A DNA stretch of 64,000 bases from Octopus vulgaris (Eukaryota): contig OX597827.1 of assembly GCA_951406725.2 (NCBI GenBank), positions 45,508,001 through 45,572,000 of the forward strand, read 5' to 3'. Positions 13,715 through 28,457 of this stretch are shown here, in pieces (the stretch's first letter is position 1; each line of letters begins with the position of its first letter). The notes beneath the pieces were generated by a model, which worked only from the letters and a program-made list of their open reading frames with translations, ran no database searches and was not told the DNA's origin. The translations under genes and the position numbers were made by a program.

Positions 13715-14318
13715 TGTAGGGCAAATATAACGATCACTGTGAAAAGTGACCGTGCTTTACCAGTAAGCTACCAGGTGTAAACCATTCGTTTTATTATCCA
13801 TTATATATATATATATTATATAAGGGGGATGACCACTTAATGGACATCCATATGTTAGAAGTAGATCCGCTATGGTCTTGCCACTAAGAAAGGAATGTTC
13901 TCAAGAAAATTTTAGCAAACGCCAGAACGTAAATTTTACATACTTACATCTATACGTATATATATGCATATGTGGGCCCAGGACATCACGAAACGTGTAC
14001 AACAAAAAAAAAAAAGAAAAACGAAACAAAAAACTTGAACTATTGGTCGAACAATGAAATACACAAATGGAAAACAAAACAAAAAACATAAAGGACGACC
14101 CTTCATCAATTGTTGGTTGTTTTTCTAGTCTCGTATTTCGATATATATATATAAAGGAAAGAATAAATATAGTCAAAAGGAAAAGGCAGTACGGCTCTAC
14201 AGCTGTTTAATTACACACACACGTTCGTATATACATATATGTGTGTATATATGTAGAGCCAGTCTCTCAGTCTATCTATCTATCCATCTATTCATATACA
14301 TACACATGAGCATGTATG

Positions 14319-14395
<77 letters not shown>

Positions 14396-14957
14396 CTCTG
14401 TGTTTGAAATCTAAATCCTACCTTTCTTGAAGAAACAATTTTACAATTTTACTAAAATTGTTGTAAATTGTAAAGAAAATTATTGGATCTTAGGTTTTAT
14501 TTTTCCAAGAGCAATGACTTTCATCAGAAAAATTATTCTCCAGGTTTTTGTCCGCATGGAATTTTAGCAATTCATTTTGTGCCAATTAGAACTTGAAATT
14601 CAAGCTCTTTTGTCTAATTTAGTTAACCGCACAGGCGCTGGCATCGTTGATTCATTTCATCAGGCTAATTATTTTCATTTGCACTGATCATTGATCAGAT
14701 TGGCGAGAAAATTAGTTGCATGCATTCCGTTAGATATTGTCTCTTTCTCTCTCACTCTCTGGTCTGTCTGTCTGTTTGTCGGTCTGTCTGTCTGTTTGTC
14801 GGTCTGTCTGTCTGTCTCTCTCTCACACACACTCTCTCACTCACTCACTCACTCACTCACTCACTCACTCTCCCTTTCTCTCTCACACTCTCTCGCACAT
14901 TCTCTCTCTCACTCACTCTCTCTCACAAACACGCTCTCTCACATTCTCTTTCAAATT

Positions 14958-14989
<32 letters not shown>

Positions 14990-15047
14990 CTCTCTCCCTG
15001 TAGAAATACGATTAGGTTTTAACTTGGAATCTTGTAGAACATGTTAC

Positions 15048-15049
<2 letters not shown>

Positions 15050-15103
<54 letters not shown>

Positions 15104-15375
15104 TAATAATAATGATGATAATGATGATGATGATGATGATGATAATGATGATGAGGATGATGATGATGATGATGATAATGGTGATGGTGATGGTGGTGGT
15201 GATGGTGGTGGTGGTGGTGGTGGTGGTGGTGATGGTGATGGTGATGGTGATGGTGATGATGATGATGATGATGATGATGATGACGATGACGATGACGATG
15301 ACGAGGACGACGACGACGACGACGACGACGATGATGACGATGACGATGACGATGATGATGATGAGGATGATGATG

Positions 15376-15436
<61 letters not shown>
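15050..15436. repeat. compound (AAT)(GAT)(GGT)(GAC)(GAT)(AAT) trinucleotide tract
   Basis: direct inspection. Confidence 0.95.
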
Positions 15437-15439
<3 letters not shown>

Positions 15440-15991
15440 GTTGCCCCGATGCAGTACCAGGCAGTGGCTCTCATGGCTTTTGATTTTAACTGATTAGTGT
15501 TATCATGTACATTGTTTTGTCTTGGTATAAAAGATGGGCTACAGCAAATATTCTGCTCAATACCACAGATTTGCTTGTCAGTTGTTTGACCGTAACCAGT
15601 GAAGATGTCTCTTAGTGTTTGACGATATGTGCATCTCTGATCACAAGCAGAAGTAGTGGGGGAGCATCATAGCCATGTGTTGAGAGGAATTCTTTGGGAT
15701 TTGAATAATTCACATTTGGAAACATGGGTGGTTCGTTCAACATCCTTAAACAACCCTTATTCAGGGACCTTTTGAGCGGGATGGTCTACTCGACCGGAAG
15801 AAAATTCTAACTGGGCCCACCTGCAAGGTCATATGCTGTTTATCTTGATATGAGATCACTGTGTCGCGCACATATGGTTGTGATGCATGTGCCTGGTGTA
15901 CCCTTATCAGACGGGTAGTCATGATGGGTATACTGGGCTTCGTATATTTTACCTCAGTGTCTCTTTGATGGCATGTACTGCTCTCTCACTC
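15437..15991. mobile_element. ~550-bp complex element sitting inside an (AAT)n tract
   Basis: sharp boundaries with (AAT)n on both sides; no ORF or TIR recognised. Confidence 0.45.
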
Positions 15992-16032
<41 letters not shown>

Positions 16033-16079
16033 TAATAATAATAATAAGAAGAAGAAGAAGAAATGGCCCGTGTTTATTT

Positions 16080-17330
16080 TAGTGGTGGTGGTTGTAGTGG
16101 TGGTGGTTGTAGTAGTGGTCGTTGTAGTAATAGTGGTTGTACTGGTGGTGGTTGTGGTAGTGGTGGTTGTATTGGTGATGGTTGTAGTAGTGGTGGTTGT
16201 AGTGGTGATGATTGTAGTAATGGTGGTGGTAGTAGTGTTGGTTGTAGTAGTGGTGGTTGTAGTGGTAGTGGTTTTAGTGGTGGTGGTTGTTGTGGTGATG
16301 ATTGTAGTGGTGGTGGTTGTACTGGTGATGATTGTAGTGGTGGTGGTTGTAGTGGTGATGGTTGTAGTAGTGGTGGTTGTAGCAGTGGTGTTTGTAGTAG
16401 TGGTGGTTGTACTGGTGATGATTGTAGTGGTGGTGGTAATTCTAGTGGTGGTGGTTGTAGTGGTGATGGTTGTAGTAGTGGTGGTTGTAGCAGTGGTGTT
16501 TGTAGTAGTTGTGGTTGTAGTGGTGATGATTGTAGTGGTGGTGGTAGTTCTAGTGATGGTGGTTGTAGTGGTGGTGGTGGTGGTAGTGGTAGTTGTTGCT
16601 GTGGTGGTTGTAGTGGTGGTGGTTGTAGCGGTAATGGTTGTAGTGGTGGTAGTTGTAGTGTGATGATTGTAGTGATGGTGGTAGTTTTAGTGGTGGTGGT
16701 AGTTCTAGTGGTGGTGGTTGTATTGGTGTTGTTGTAGTGGTGGTAGTTCTAGTGGTAGTGGTTGTAGATGTGGTGGTTGTAGTGGTGATGGTGGTTCTAG
16801 AGGTGGAGGTGGTAGTGGTGGTGGTTCTAGTGGCGAAGGTGATAATGGTTGTGGTTGTAGTGGCTGTGGTTGTATTGGTGCTGGTTGTAGTGTTGGTGGT
16901 GTGGTAGTAGTCTTAGTGGTGGAGGTGGTAGTGGTAGTAGTGGTTCTAGTGGTAGAAGTGGTAGTAGCGGTGGTTGTAGTGGTGGTGGTTCTAGTGGTAG
17001 TAGTGGCGGTTGTGATGGTAATACTTGTAGTAGTGGTAATAGTAGCGGTGGTGGTAATTATGACGATAACTGTAGATGTCGAGGTTAAGATATTGGAAAT
17101 ATTTCGGTATTTACGACAGAGGCGGGTGTGGCGGTGGCAGTGGTGGATGGTGAGCGGTGGTGTGGTGGCGTGGCGGCGGTGCTGTGGCGGCGTGGCGGTG
17201 GTAGTGTGGCAGCGGTGGTGTAGCGGCGTGGTGGCGTGGCGGCGGTGGTGTGGAGGCGTGGCGGCGGTGGAATGTTATATTCGGTGGTGGTGGGGGGAAT
17301 GGGGTGTGTTGTGGTCACGAAGTCGGTGAC
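16080..17330. repeat. G/T-rich minisatellite (15-bp unit AGTGGTGGTGGTTGT) grading into GGC/GGT low complexity
   Basis: direct inspection. Confidence 0.9.
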
Positions 17331-17586
17331 GAGGGGGGGGAAGAGAGGAGACTTGGGGAAAGGTTAGCTGCGGAAGTTAGTGTAAGCGGTGGTAGGGATA
17401 AGGAGACGAGGTTAGGGTTAGGCTTGAAAGGTTCCACATTCCACATGATACAGGGCGCCGACCGAAGTTCTGCTGATTCATCATGTGACAATGAAACTGA
17501 GGTGATGAGGCATGACGTCACGCAACGTGTCGCGTTACCTTGTGCCTCTAATCTAACCCACTTCCTTCTGGAAAATCCCTCCCTAC

Positions 17587-17921
17587 ATCACTGTCCTCAC
17601 CATCATCATTACATTAATCGTCATCATCATCATCATGATCGTCGTCATCATCGCCGTCATCATTATTATCATCATCATCTTCCTTATCGTCATCGTCGTC
17701 GTCATTGTCGTCATCGTCGTCATCATCATCATCATCGTCGTCGTCATCATTATCATAATCGTCGTCGTCGTCGTCGTTATCATCATCGTCATCATCGTCA
17801 TCGTCATCATCGTCATCGTCGTCACCATCATCGCCTTCATCTTCATCCTCCTCCACCTCATCATCATCATTACCACCTTCAATATTGTCGTCGTTATCGT
17901 CATCATCCCAATCATCACCAC

Positions 17922-17958
<37 letters not shown>

Positions 17959-18210
17959 GTCGTCGTCGTCGTCATCGCCACCACCACCACCACCTTCGCC
18001 AACAACATCAGCAACAACAAAAAGTAGACTACAGCAATGCTATATCCATTTATCTACATCCGTCATCATTAACATCAAAGCGCTGACAGTCAGTACCACT
18101 ACAACCGCACTTTTTTTACCACCACCACCACCACCACCACCACCATCACCACCACCACCACCATCATCATCATCACCACCACCACCACCACCATCACCAC
18201 CACCATCATT

Positions 18211-18244
<34 letters not shown>

Positions 18245-18339
18245 CCGCCACAAGTATCATCATATCACCATCACCACCACCACCACCACCACCACCACCA
18301 CCAACACCACCACCACCACCACCACTACCACTGCTGCTG

Positions 18340-18401
<62 letters not shown>

Positions 18402-18420
18402 GCTATCACCACTCTCCACC
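17587..18420. repeat. CAT/CGT/CAC/CTA trinucleotide tracts
   Basis: direct inspection. Confidence 0.9.
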
Positions 18421-18726
18421 ACTTCCAAGGAAAATTATATAGATACACACAAATGGTTGGCGGCAATGAAAGATTTTAATGAATGAAACGAGCGAACGCC
18501 TGAATGAATGACTCAGCGCAGCATTTTCAACTATTCATTCACCTGTCCAACCCACTTCACGCCTCATCCAATCCCTATAGCAGCCTCCCGCCACAACCAC
18601 CACCACTACCACCCGCCTCTATAAAGCCCCGCGCCGACGCTTCTCAACGAATGGGAGGTGGAGAAGGGGTGGGGTGGGGTGGGGTGGGTTTTTTTCCAAG
18701 GACACGGTGCTATATTGGGGCACCTT

Positions 18727-18748
18727 AGCGACACCAGTTCCGCATTCC
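18727..18748 (-). promoter_or_regulatory. 22-bp dispersed motif, copy 4
   Basis: reverse complement GGAATGCGGAACTGGTGTCGCT. Confidence 0.75.
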
Positions 18749-19012
18749 ACAAGTTCCACACAGGTGAGAATCACCACCACCACTACCACCACAACCACCA
18801 CCACCACAACTGTTATTAATACATACGTACTACTACTACTACTATTACTGAATCTTGCTCTCCCCCCACTCTCATTACCATCCCAAGAACCGCCATCATT
18901 ATCATCAACCACCATCATCATCACCACCATCATCATAACCAGCAACACCACCACCACAACCGTTATTAATACATACAAATATACTCCTCCTCCTCTTACT
19001 ACTACTACTACA

Positions 19013-19048
<36 letters not shown>

Positions 19049-19380
19049 GTTACTGCTTCTTGCTCCCCCCACTCGTCACACTATCACAAGAACCGCCATC
19101 ATCATCATCACCACCACCATCATCATAACTACCACCATCACCACGACGACCACCAACGATACTTCAACCAACAACAACAACAACGATTACGAAAAGGAGT
19201 AACAGAACGATAAACAATAATTTCATTTGATATACGTAATTCCTATAAATTCATTAACTCATATTAATTATACTTAATTAGAAATTAAATTCAAAAATAT
19301 AAACAGGCACAGTGAAAATATAATACCTCAAGGCACTTTTTGTTTGCGTGTTTGTTCGATGCTCTACCAATTCCAACACA

Positions 19381-19700
19381 GGCGCAGCGTGGCTGCGTGG
19401 TAAGAAGTTTACTTCCTAATCGCAGGTTTTCAGGTTCAGTCCCATAGCGCCACACCTTGGCTAAGTAACTTTTACTATAGCCTCGGACAGACCAAGGCCT
19501 TGTGACTGGGTTTGGTAGACGAAAACTGAAAGAAGCCCTGTGTGTTGAGGATATATATATATATATTATTTTTTTCATTTTGTCCTTTTACTTGTTTCAG
19601 TCATTTGACTGCGGTCATGCTGTGGCACTGCCTTTAGTTGAGCAAATCGACTCCAGGACTTATTCTTTGTAACCCTAGTAGTTATTCTATCGGTCACTTG
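19381..19700. mobile_element. SINE family A 5' half (+) joined to an inverted 3' half (-)
   Basis: similarity to 7963-8520. Confidence 0.75.
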
Positions 19701-19732
19701 GGATCGAACACAGCACACCTGCATCCATATCT

Positions 19733-19771
<39 letters not shown>

Positions 19772-19985
19772 TCAATTTATGAAAGGCAATTAATTTTTAA
19801 TATCTTAATCCTAAATCCGCTTTGTTAATCTCAGCTACAATGTTATAATAAATTATCGCGTTTAATTATTTCTAAATAGATTAAAGGATTAATTTCTATA
19901 TACTTGTTAAGGAAAAGTGATTTATCTGAACGCATAAAAGGAGACAACGTGCACGCTATACATTCGCACTAATGGACACGCGCAT

Positions 19986-20018
<33 letters not shown>

Positions 20019-20071
20019 AATACACACTTATATATATATATGTATACATACATTATGTATATATATATCTG

Positions 20072-20147
<76 letters not shown>

Positions 20148-20150
20148 CCA

Positions 20151-20218
<68 letters not shown>

Positions 20219-20366
20219 CTCTATCTGACTGTCTATCTATCTGTAAAAGGTAAATGACCATTGGGTGCACCTAGAATGTTCCTCTCCGAAGTGCAAGTCT
20301 GCGCTCTGGGCAAGATTGTTTGTGGAAAACTAGTATATCTGTATTCATACACTATGTATGCATCTC

Positions 20367-20409
<43 letters not shown>

Positions 20410-20819
20410 CACACACACACACACATATATATATATATCTATCTATATATATATCTATATATATATATATATACAAAATGAGAAAATGGAAAAATATATC
20501 TAAATCAATCATCAACTATCAGATAATACCCAATCAATACTTTATTAAACCAGTACATAATAGCAATGATATTATACATTAATATAGTACAAATATAACA
20601 AGACATAGAAATACATTTACATTGTAGCTGACAGCTGTTTCGGTCGTGAAGACAGGTATGTCTCAATTAACCTATTAGCCATATAAAGCAGGTATAAATG
20701 AGACAATTATGTTATCCCATGGAGGGTTGAATTTACAACCCCTATCTCATTTTATATATATATACATATATGCACACGCGCGCATGCGCACACACACACA
20801 CACACATGCACACATATAT

Positions 20820-21571
20820 TGGTGTGGCTGTGTGGTAAAAAGGCGGCGTGCTGGCAGAAACGTTAGCACGCCGGGCGAAATGCGTAGCCGTATTTCGTCT
20901 GCCGTTACGTTCTGAGTTCAAATTCCGCCGAGGTCGTCTTTGCCTTTCAGCCTTTCGAGGTCGATAAATTAAATAACAGTTACGCACTGGGGTCGATATA
21001 ATCGACTTAATCCGTTTGTCTGTCCTCTCTGTGTTTAGCCCCTTGTGGGTAGTAAAGAAATAGGTATGTCGTCGCCGTTAAGTTCTGAGTTCAAATTCTG
21101 CGGAGGTCGACTTTGCCTTTCATCCTTTCGGGATCGATAAATTAAGTACCACATTACATCGACGCACTGGGGTCGATGTAATCGACTTAATCCGTTTGTC
21201 TGCCCTTGTTTGCCCCCTCTATGTATAGCCCCTTGTTGGCAATAAAGAAATAAGAAACTTCCTTCCCAACCACACAGTTCTCACTTCAGTCCCTCAGCGT
21301 GGAACCTTGTGTAAGCGTCTTGTACTATAGCCTCGGGCCGACCAAAGCCTTGTCAGTGGATTTGGTAGACGGAAACTGAAAGAAGCCTGTTGTATATATA
21401 CTGACAACCGATGTTGGTGTGTTTACGTACACGTAACGGTTCGGCAAAAGTGACCGATAGAATAAGTTCCAGGCTTACAAAAAATAAGTCCTGGGATCGA
21501 TTCGTTCGACTAAAGGCCGTGCTCCAGCATGGCCGCAGTCAAATGACTGAAACAAATAAAAGAATAAAAGA

Positions 21572-21572
<1 letters not shown>
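20820..21572 (+). mobile_element. SINE family A interrupted by SINE family B (20841-21256, internally duplicated)
   Basis: family-A head GGTGTGGCTGTGTGGTAA resumes as AACTTCCTTCCCAACCAC after the family-B copy. Confidence 0.8.
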
Positions 21573-21599
<27 letters not shown>

Positions 21600-21603
<4 letters not shown>

Positions 21604-21857
21604 TGTTCCTTCTCGAGCCACGTCTGGCTTATAGGGCCAGTTTCCCCGCCCGTCGCAGGTGAGTTGCAAAATGCAGGAGGAAAGAGTGAGAGAAAGCTGT
21701 GGCGAAAGAGTTAGCAGAAGGTCGCCATCACCTTCTGCCGGAGCTGCGTGGAGCTTAGGTTTTTCGCTCATAAATACACACATCGCCCGGTCTGAGATTC
21801 GAACCCGCGATCCCTCAACCGCGAGTCCGCTGCTCTAATCACTAGACCATATGCCTC

Positions 21858-21858
<1 letters not shown>
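21600..21858 (-). mobile_element. tRNA-derived SINE, family C type
   Basis: minus strand TGGTCTAGTGATTAGAGC (A box) .. GGTTCGAATC (B box). Confidence 0.75.
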
Positions 21859-21926
<68 letters not shown>

Positions 21927-22417
21927 ACACATATGTATATATCAAACAATAAAAGAATATATATATAAAAGAATATAATATGTATATATAAATGTAGTTC
22001 TTAGTTGTAATTGCTGTACCATTATTGCAAAAAATCTTATGCGCTAAATGAGAGACAGAGAATGTTAGTTTTCATTGTGGTGGATGGTGATGCTGACGGA
22101 GGTGGAGTGGCGTTCATGCTGGTGTGGGCGTTATTGAAGTTGGGGTGGTGATAGTGATGGAATGCTGGTGGTTGAGGCTGTTGCTGCAGTGGTGGTTATG
22201 GTGGTTGTGGTAGAGGTGGAAGTGGTTGAGATGATGTTGATGATGAGGAGGATATTGGTGGTGGTGGTGGTTGTGGTTGGAGTAAATCGTGATATAATGT
22301 TGATGGTGTTAATGTTAATATTAATGCTTGTGGTGGTGGTGGTGGTGGTGATGCTGGGCCTTGTGTTGTTGCGGGGGCGGGGTAGAGATCAACATGTGTC
22401 AGACATTTTGGTGGAGG

Positions 22418-22439
22418 AGCGACACCAGATCGACATTCC
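22418..22439 (-). promoter_or_regulatory. 22-bp dispersed motif, copy 5
   Basis: reverse complement GGAATGTCGATCTGGTGTCGCT. Confidence 0.75.
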
Positions 22440-22943
22440 AATGTCAGTATTGTTGCTATTATTGTCGTTGTGATTGTTGATGTTGCTGTTGTTGTTGTCG
22501 TTGTTGTTGTTGATGATGAAGAACTTGTTTGTAAATCTACAACAAACAAACAAACAAACAAACATGAGCTCTTTCATCTTATTCACCAGTTTCCTCATTT
22601 TCCCCCATTCCAACCCAGTAAACAACCACTTTCCTTACTTCTTCGTGTTTTAACTACAAGGATTTAGACGAGGGCCGTAATCAGAATCATGCTGATCATA
22701 ACGATCATGATCGTTAAGAGAGGGGGGAGAAAGAGGATGAGGAGGAGGAGGAAGAGGAGGAAGAAGAGGAAGAGGAGGAAGAGGTGAAGAAGAGCGGGAG
22801 AGGGTGCTTGTTGCTGATGATAACCATAATTTTATAACGATGCCAAAGTATCATAATAGTTTACAAAGCCGGCGACGAAGATTCACCTCTACAAAAATAC
22901 AAAATACATATAAAACCGCTTAACTCACTGGCAAATACAATCA

Positions 22944-22999
<56 letters not shown>

Positions 23000-23109
23000 A
23001 ACACACTAATACACACTTTTTACCGCCAATCAATACACGATGATCGTTTATGAGCTCCAAGCTTATCATTATTATTTACAGAATCTCCTCTCGTCACTGT
23101 TTCTCCATT

Positions 23110-23151
<42 letters not shown>

Positions 23152-23168
23152 ACAAACGTATGTATGTA

Positions 23169-23205
<37 letters not shown>

Positions 23206-23277
23206 ACAAGCAAGTTAGGCAAGTCGATTTACACAGACTGTTAAATACATTTAATTAGAAAATATGTACGTGGGTAG

Positions 23278-23525
23278 CGGAGGCGCGTGGCTTAGTGGTT
23301 AGCGTGTCAGCATCATGATCGTAAGATTGTGGTTTCGGATTCCTGGACCGGGCGACGCATTGTGCTCTTGAGTAAAACACTTCATTTCCCGTTGCTCCAG
23401 TCCACTCAGCTGGCAAAAATGAGTAACGCTGCGATGGACTGGCGTCCCATCCAGCTGGATTACACATACACCATAGAAACCAGGAAACCGGACCCATGAA
23501 CCTAGCTAAGCTTTAAAAGGGCGCA
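23278..23525 (+). mobile_element. tRNA-derived SINE, family C type (CORE-like body)
   Basis: TGGCTTAGTGGTTAGC A box; TCTTGAGTAAAACACTT..CACTCAGCTG..AAATGAGT body, similar to 58220-58470. Confidence 0.75.
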
Positions 23526-23857
23526 TTTATTTTTATTTTATTATGTTCATAGGTATGGATATAAAATAGTCCTACTTGTAATAGAAAATAAATTATATCA
23601 GGAATTAAATGTATATATACGATATATGTATGTACTTGTATATTTATTACATCATGCATGCGTATATATTTCAGTAAATATAAAAGTTATAACATCAAAG
23701 ATTATTTTACTAGATTCATCTTGAGAGCTGCGGCCACATACATACATACATACATACATAATACATACATACATACATATATACATACATACATACATAC
23801 ATACATGCATACATACATACATACCTAACTCTCTTTCCTTCTCTCTCTATATATATA

Positions 23858-23891
<34 letters not shown>

Positions 23892-23896
23892 TCTAT

Positions 23897-23996
<100 letters not shown>

Positions 23997-24069
23997 CGTT
24001 AAATTCTTTAAAATGTTTCAGCCCTAAAGCTGCGGTCATGCTGGGGCACCACCGTTGATTGTGCTACAC

Positions 24070-24318
24070 TAGTATGTGAAACTACCTTTGATACGTGGCA
24101 CTTGGTCAACAAGGGAGTTCGACGCCGCTGCCTGCATCTGTGTTTCCTGCCGAGAGGTAGGTTCATCTGGAACCCCTGACAAGAAGTGATCGAGTTTAGT
24201 TTTAAAGAAACCCACATCCACACCATGCAGGTCTCTCAGGCATTTAGGAAGGATATTGAAGAGCTGTGGTCCCCTGAAACCCAAGCTGTTGCAGTATCTG
24301 GTCCTGCAATTTGATGTG
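24070..24318 (-). pseudogene. 3' end of a LINE (CR1/L2-group-like) ORF2
   Basis: YCNSLGFRGPQLFNILPKCLRD..FKTKLDHFLSGVPDEP; paralogous to 54850-55020. Confidence 0.8.
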
Positions 24319-24820
24319 ATAAATATATACATATACATGTATGCATGTATGTATATATATGTGTGTGTGTGTTCGTGTGTATGTTTACTTATATTTTAAG
24401 CTTAATCAAGGCAAATTATTGAAATTAATAATACAGTCAATGGTTTGTACTTTTACATTATATTCCAATATTTCATGGTGAAGACCCTTTCTCCAGTTAG
24501 AGGAGATACAAAAAAGGGACAAGAAAAAACAAGGACTGGTCATTCGGAGTTTTCTTTCGTCAATCGAGTTCCGGATTCGATTTGCGGTTTCGGCTGGTTG
24601 TACTCGAGACTGCTCCAATCTGGCCAGCCTCAAGGAAAATCTAAGCTAAGAGCACTAGATTCTCTGGAAGAAAGCAGCGAATGTATACGAAAACAGGGAC
24701 GGCAAAAAATCGGAGAAATGGTACATATATACAAATGCAATTAACTTGAAATTAACAACAGGTGTCTTTCGACTGAGGACGAATTAAATTAAGCAGGCAT
24801 ACACACACACACACACACAC

Positions 24821-24864
<44 letters not shown>

Positions 24865-24880
24865 ACACACATACACACAT

Positions 24881-24918
<38 letters not shown>

Positions 24919-26190
24919 TCATAAATATATACGTAAATTTATATGTAGACACCCATATCTATGACTCAGCACAAATGTTTGTTGCCGGTGTCATGTAATC
25001 CAGTACAGCCCGTAATGTGGTCTTCTCGTGAGTGTCAAAACTAGCAACCCCACACGATTCGTCTGCTGGGGATGATTGCTAGAAACAAAACATGGCGTAG
25101 AGTAAAAGTACAGATGAACCTTGTATAAGATTATCCAGCAATAATGCGCGGAGCGGGGGCCTAAATATTTGAGATAGTGAATGAAGCAAGTATAAGACCT
25201 CTTGAAATGTTGGGCTGATGTGTACTCTGGGGGCTTAGTAAAGGCGGATTATTTAGATAAGGATTACTGAATAAAATCCTGCTTGATCGGGTTAATATAA
25301 TCTTTGAACCGCAACCATTTGTTATATCCAGTGATCTTGGTATTTCTTTTGCTTTTGGTGGTTTTTACATATGGCCAGGAAAGGAAATGCGGTGATGTGC
25401 AGACTATCACTTTCTTTTAAAACAAATATCTTAAATCGCATTCGCTTATATGTGTTGTTTTTTAACATAGATATTATTTTGTGGCTTACTAACAAATAAT
25501 GATTTCTTCTTTATTGAATCTCAAAAATGTGTGCCGGAATGTTCGTTGGACAATCCTCGTTAAGGGGAACCTCATGTGCGTCAACTTTGGTTATTCAGTC
25601 GTGCTCATGGTCCTACTCATCGGTGCATGCGTAGTGGGAGCGAGGACCACTGCGCGTATTGCCATTGTGTTTACTTAGGATAGTCGGTGATACGTCGTTT
25701 CAATAAAGGTTTACGTTGCAGGAAGGCGCACCACAGCATCAATAGCTTGCTTGCTCCTCTCCGTCACCTGTGCAACCCATGGTATTCAGTTAATTCATAC
25801 GTTTTCTTCTGAAGTGCCCTTTATCGAGGGACAAGAAGCCACTAAGAATTTTGAGTGGATCTTAACTTGTTATTGGATGTTATCACATCGTTTGCAAACC
25901 GCAGAGTAAGGGCTTTCAAATAAAACTGTAGATTTAGCTACATTGTACATTTTTCAAGAATTCTATCAAATACATTATATGCAAAACGGGAAGATTATAA
26001 CTGTTATTCCTCGATAAGCTAACGTCGGGCATTTTGCTTACTGGTTCCCTGGGTAATTGAACTAACATAATATATATGCACACAAATGAATGTTCATACA
26101 TATTATGCATACATTTATGAAGAATGAATAATGAACAGAAAATAGGTGTGTTATTCAAAGGTTTGTAGGACATAAACGCATGTCAGAAAA

Positions 26191-26314
26191 AATGGCGAAA
26201 TAATTACATAACAAGGGCAGAAGTATTATGCTGTAATTCATTTCACTTTGGTTGCGTGTCGCCCTTTACTATACCAACCTATTTTGATATATTCATACAT
26301 GCATACATACTACA

Positions 26315-26389
<75 letters not shown>

Positions 26390-26576
26390 TCTTTTATTCT
26401 TTTACTTGTTTCAGTCATTTGACTGCAGCCATGCTGGAGCACCGCCTTTGGTCGAGCAAATCGAACCCAGGACTTGTTCTTTGTAAGCCTATTGGTCTCT
26501 TTTGCCGAACCGCTAAGTTACGGGGACGTAAACACACCATCATCGGTTGTCAAGCAATGTTGAGGAGACAAACACA

Positions 26577-26629
<53 letters not shown>

Positions 26630-26938
26630 ACACACACACACACACACACACACTCATATATATGTATACATATATACGACGGGCTTCTTTCAGTTTCCAT
26701 CTACCAAATCCACTCACAAAGCTTTGGTTGGCCCAAGGCTATAGTAGAAGACACTTGCCCAAGGTGCCATGTGGTTGGTAAGCAAGCTACTTCCCACAGC
26801 CACTCCTGCGCCTATATATATATGTGTGTATGTGTGTGTGTGTGTGTGTATATAGATATGTATAGTATTATCATACCCCTATGAATATAACCGAAACTGA
26901 AACAAGTAAAAGAATAAAAGAATAAAAGAGTATATATA

Positions 26939-26974
<36 letters not shown>

Positions 26975-27077
26975 TGAATATATCAAAATAGGGTGATATA
27001 GTAAAGGGCGACACGCAACCAAAGTGAAATGAATTACAGCATAATGCTTCTGCCGTTGTTATGTAATTATTTCGCCA

Positions 27078-27079
<2 letters not shown>
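26191..27079. repeat. ~110-bp inverted repeat (26191-26300 and 26970-27079) enclosing a SINE A copy (26390-26812, -)
   Basis: arms are reverse complements with few mismatches. Confidence 0.9.
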
Positions 27080-27687
<608 letters not shown>

Positions 27688-27871
27688 CGCAGTGCATTCA
27701 ACTTTAGCTGATCATTTTTACTTTATCGGATTTAAGCTCTTTTGTACCTAAGGGCGTCAAATTAGTCTTGCTGCCTATCCTGTATTTAGAAGGACAGTAT
27801 TCTTATATACATCTTCGTATGTGTGTATGCGTGTGCGCGCACACACGCATATATATATATACATATACATA

Positions 27872-27906
<35 letters not shown>

Positions 27907-28067
27907 TACCCTAATTTATAATTTTAATAATTATTACCTTTGAAGGTTATTTTTTCCATGCTGACCACTTGATAAAATCGCTATCTTATTTTTAAATTAA
28001 CGATCTTATCCTTATTTATATAAATATATACATACATACATACATACATACATACATACATGCATAT

Positions 28068-28279
28068 AATCAAAATAAGCAACAGGATAAGAAGTAGTGA
28101 TGCAGTACGACCGTTTCAAGCAGCTCCATTTAATTGAACGATGCAACCATTACATCAATTTAAATGCAGTGTCTCGACCTTCGTGGACGGAACCACGTGT
28201 GCAGCGGGGCGCGCTGCTCACCCTTCGATACCATGGTCGTACTGCATCACTACTAGATATCCTGTTGCTTATTTTGATT
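28068..28279. repeat. ~45-bp fold-back (28068-28112 and 28235-28279)
   Basis: AATCAAAATAAGCAACAGGATA..AGTAGTGATGCAGTACGACC and its reverse complement. Confidence 0.8.
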
Positions 28280-28362
28280 TTATTCACCTTACTTCGAGCT
28301 GTGCGGATAATACAGGATTGACTTGGTGCTTCAACTTAAGTACCAAATTCAACTGAATCTCA

Positions 28363-28457
<95 letters not shown>

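Noticed and set aside
16063-16737. Gly/Cys/Ser-rich ORF (SGGGC repeats) resembling a structural protein
   Set aside because: It is a 15-bp minisatellite that is also open as poly-Val in another frame; no signal peptide or splice evidence.
17452-17480. Possible 12th motif copy on the minus strand (GAATCAGCAGAACTTCGGTCGGCG)
   Set aside because: Needs indels and lacks both invariant ends; not counted. Other GTCGCT/AGCGAC hits (30418, 32682, 34888, 54097, 57769, 62739) also lack the rest of the motif.
24960-25930. About 1 kb of complex sequence that might be an exon or TE fragment
   Set aside because: No recognisable protein motif or open frame; needs a translated database search.
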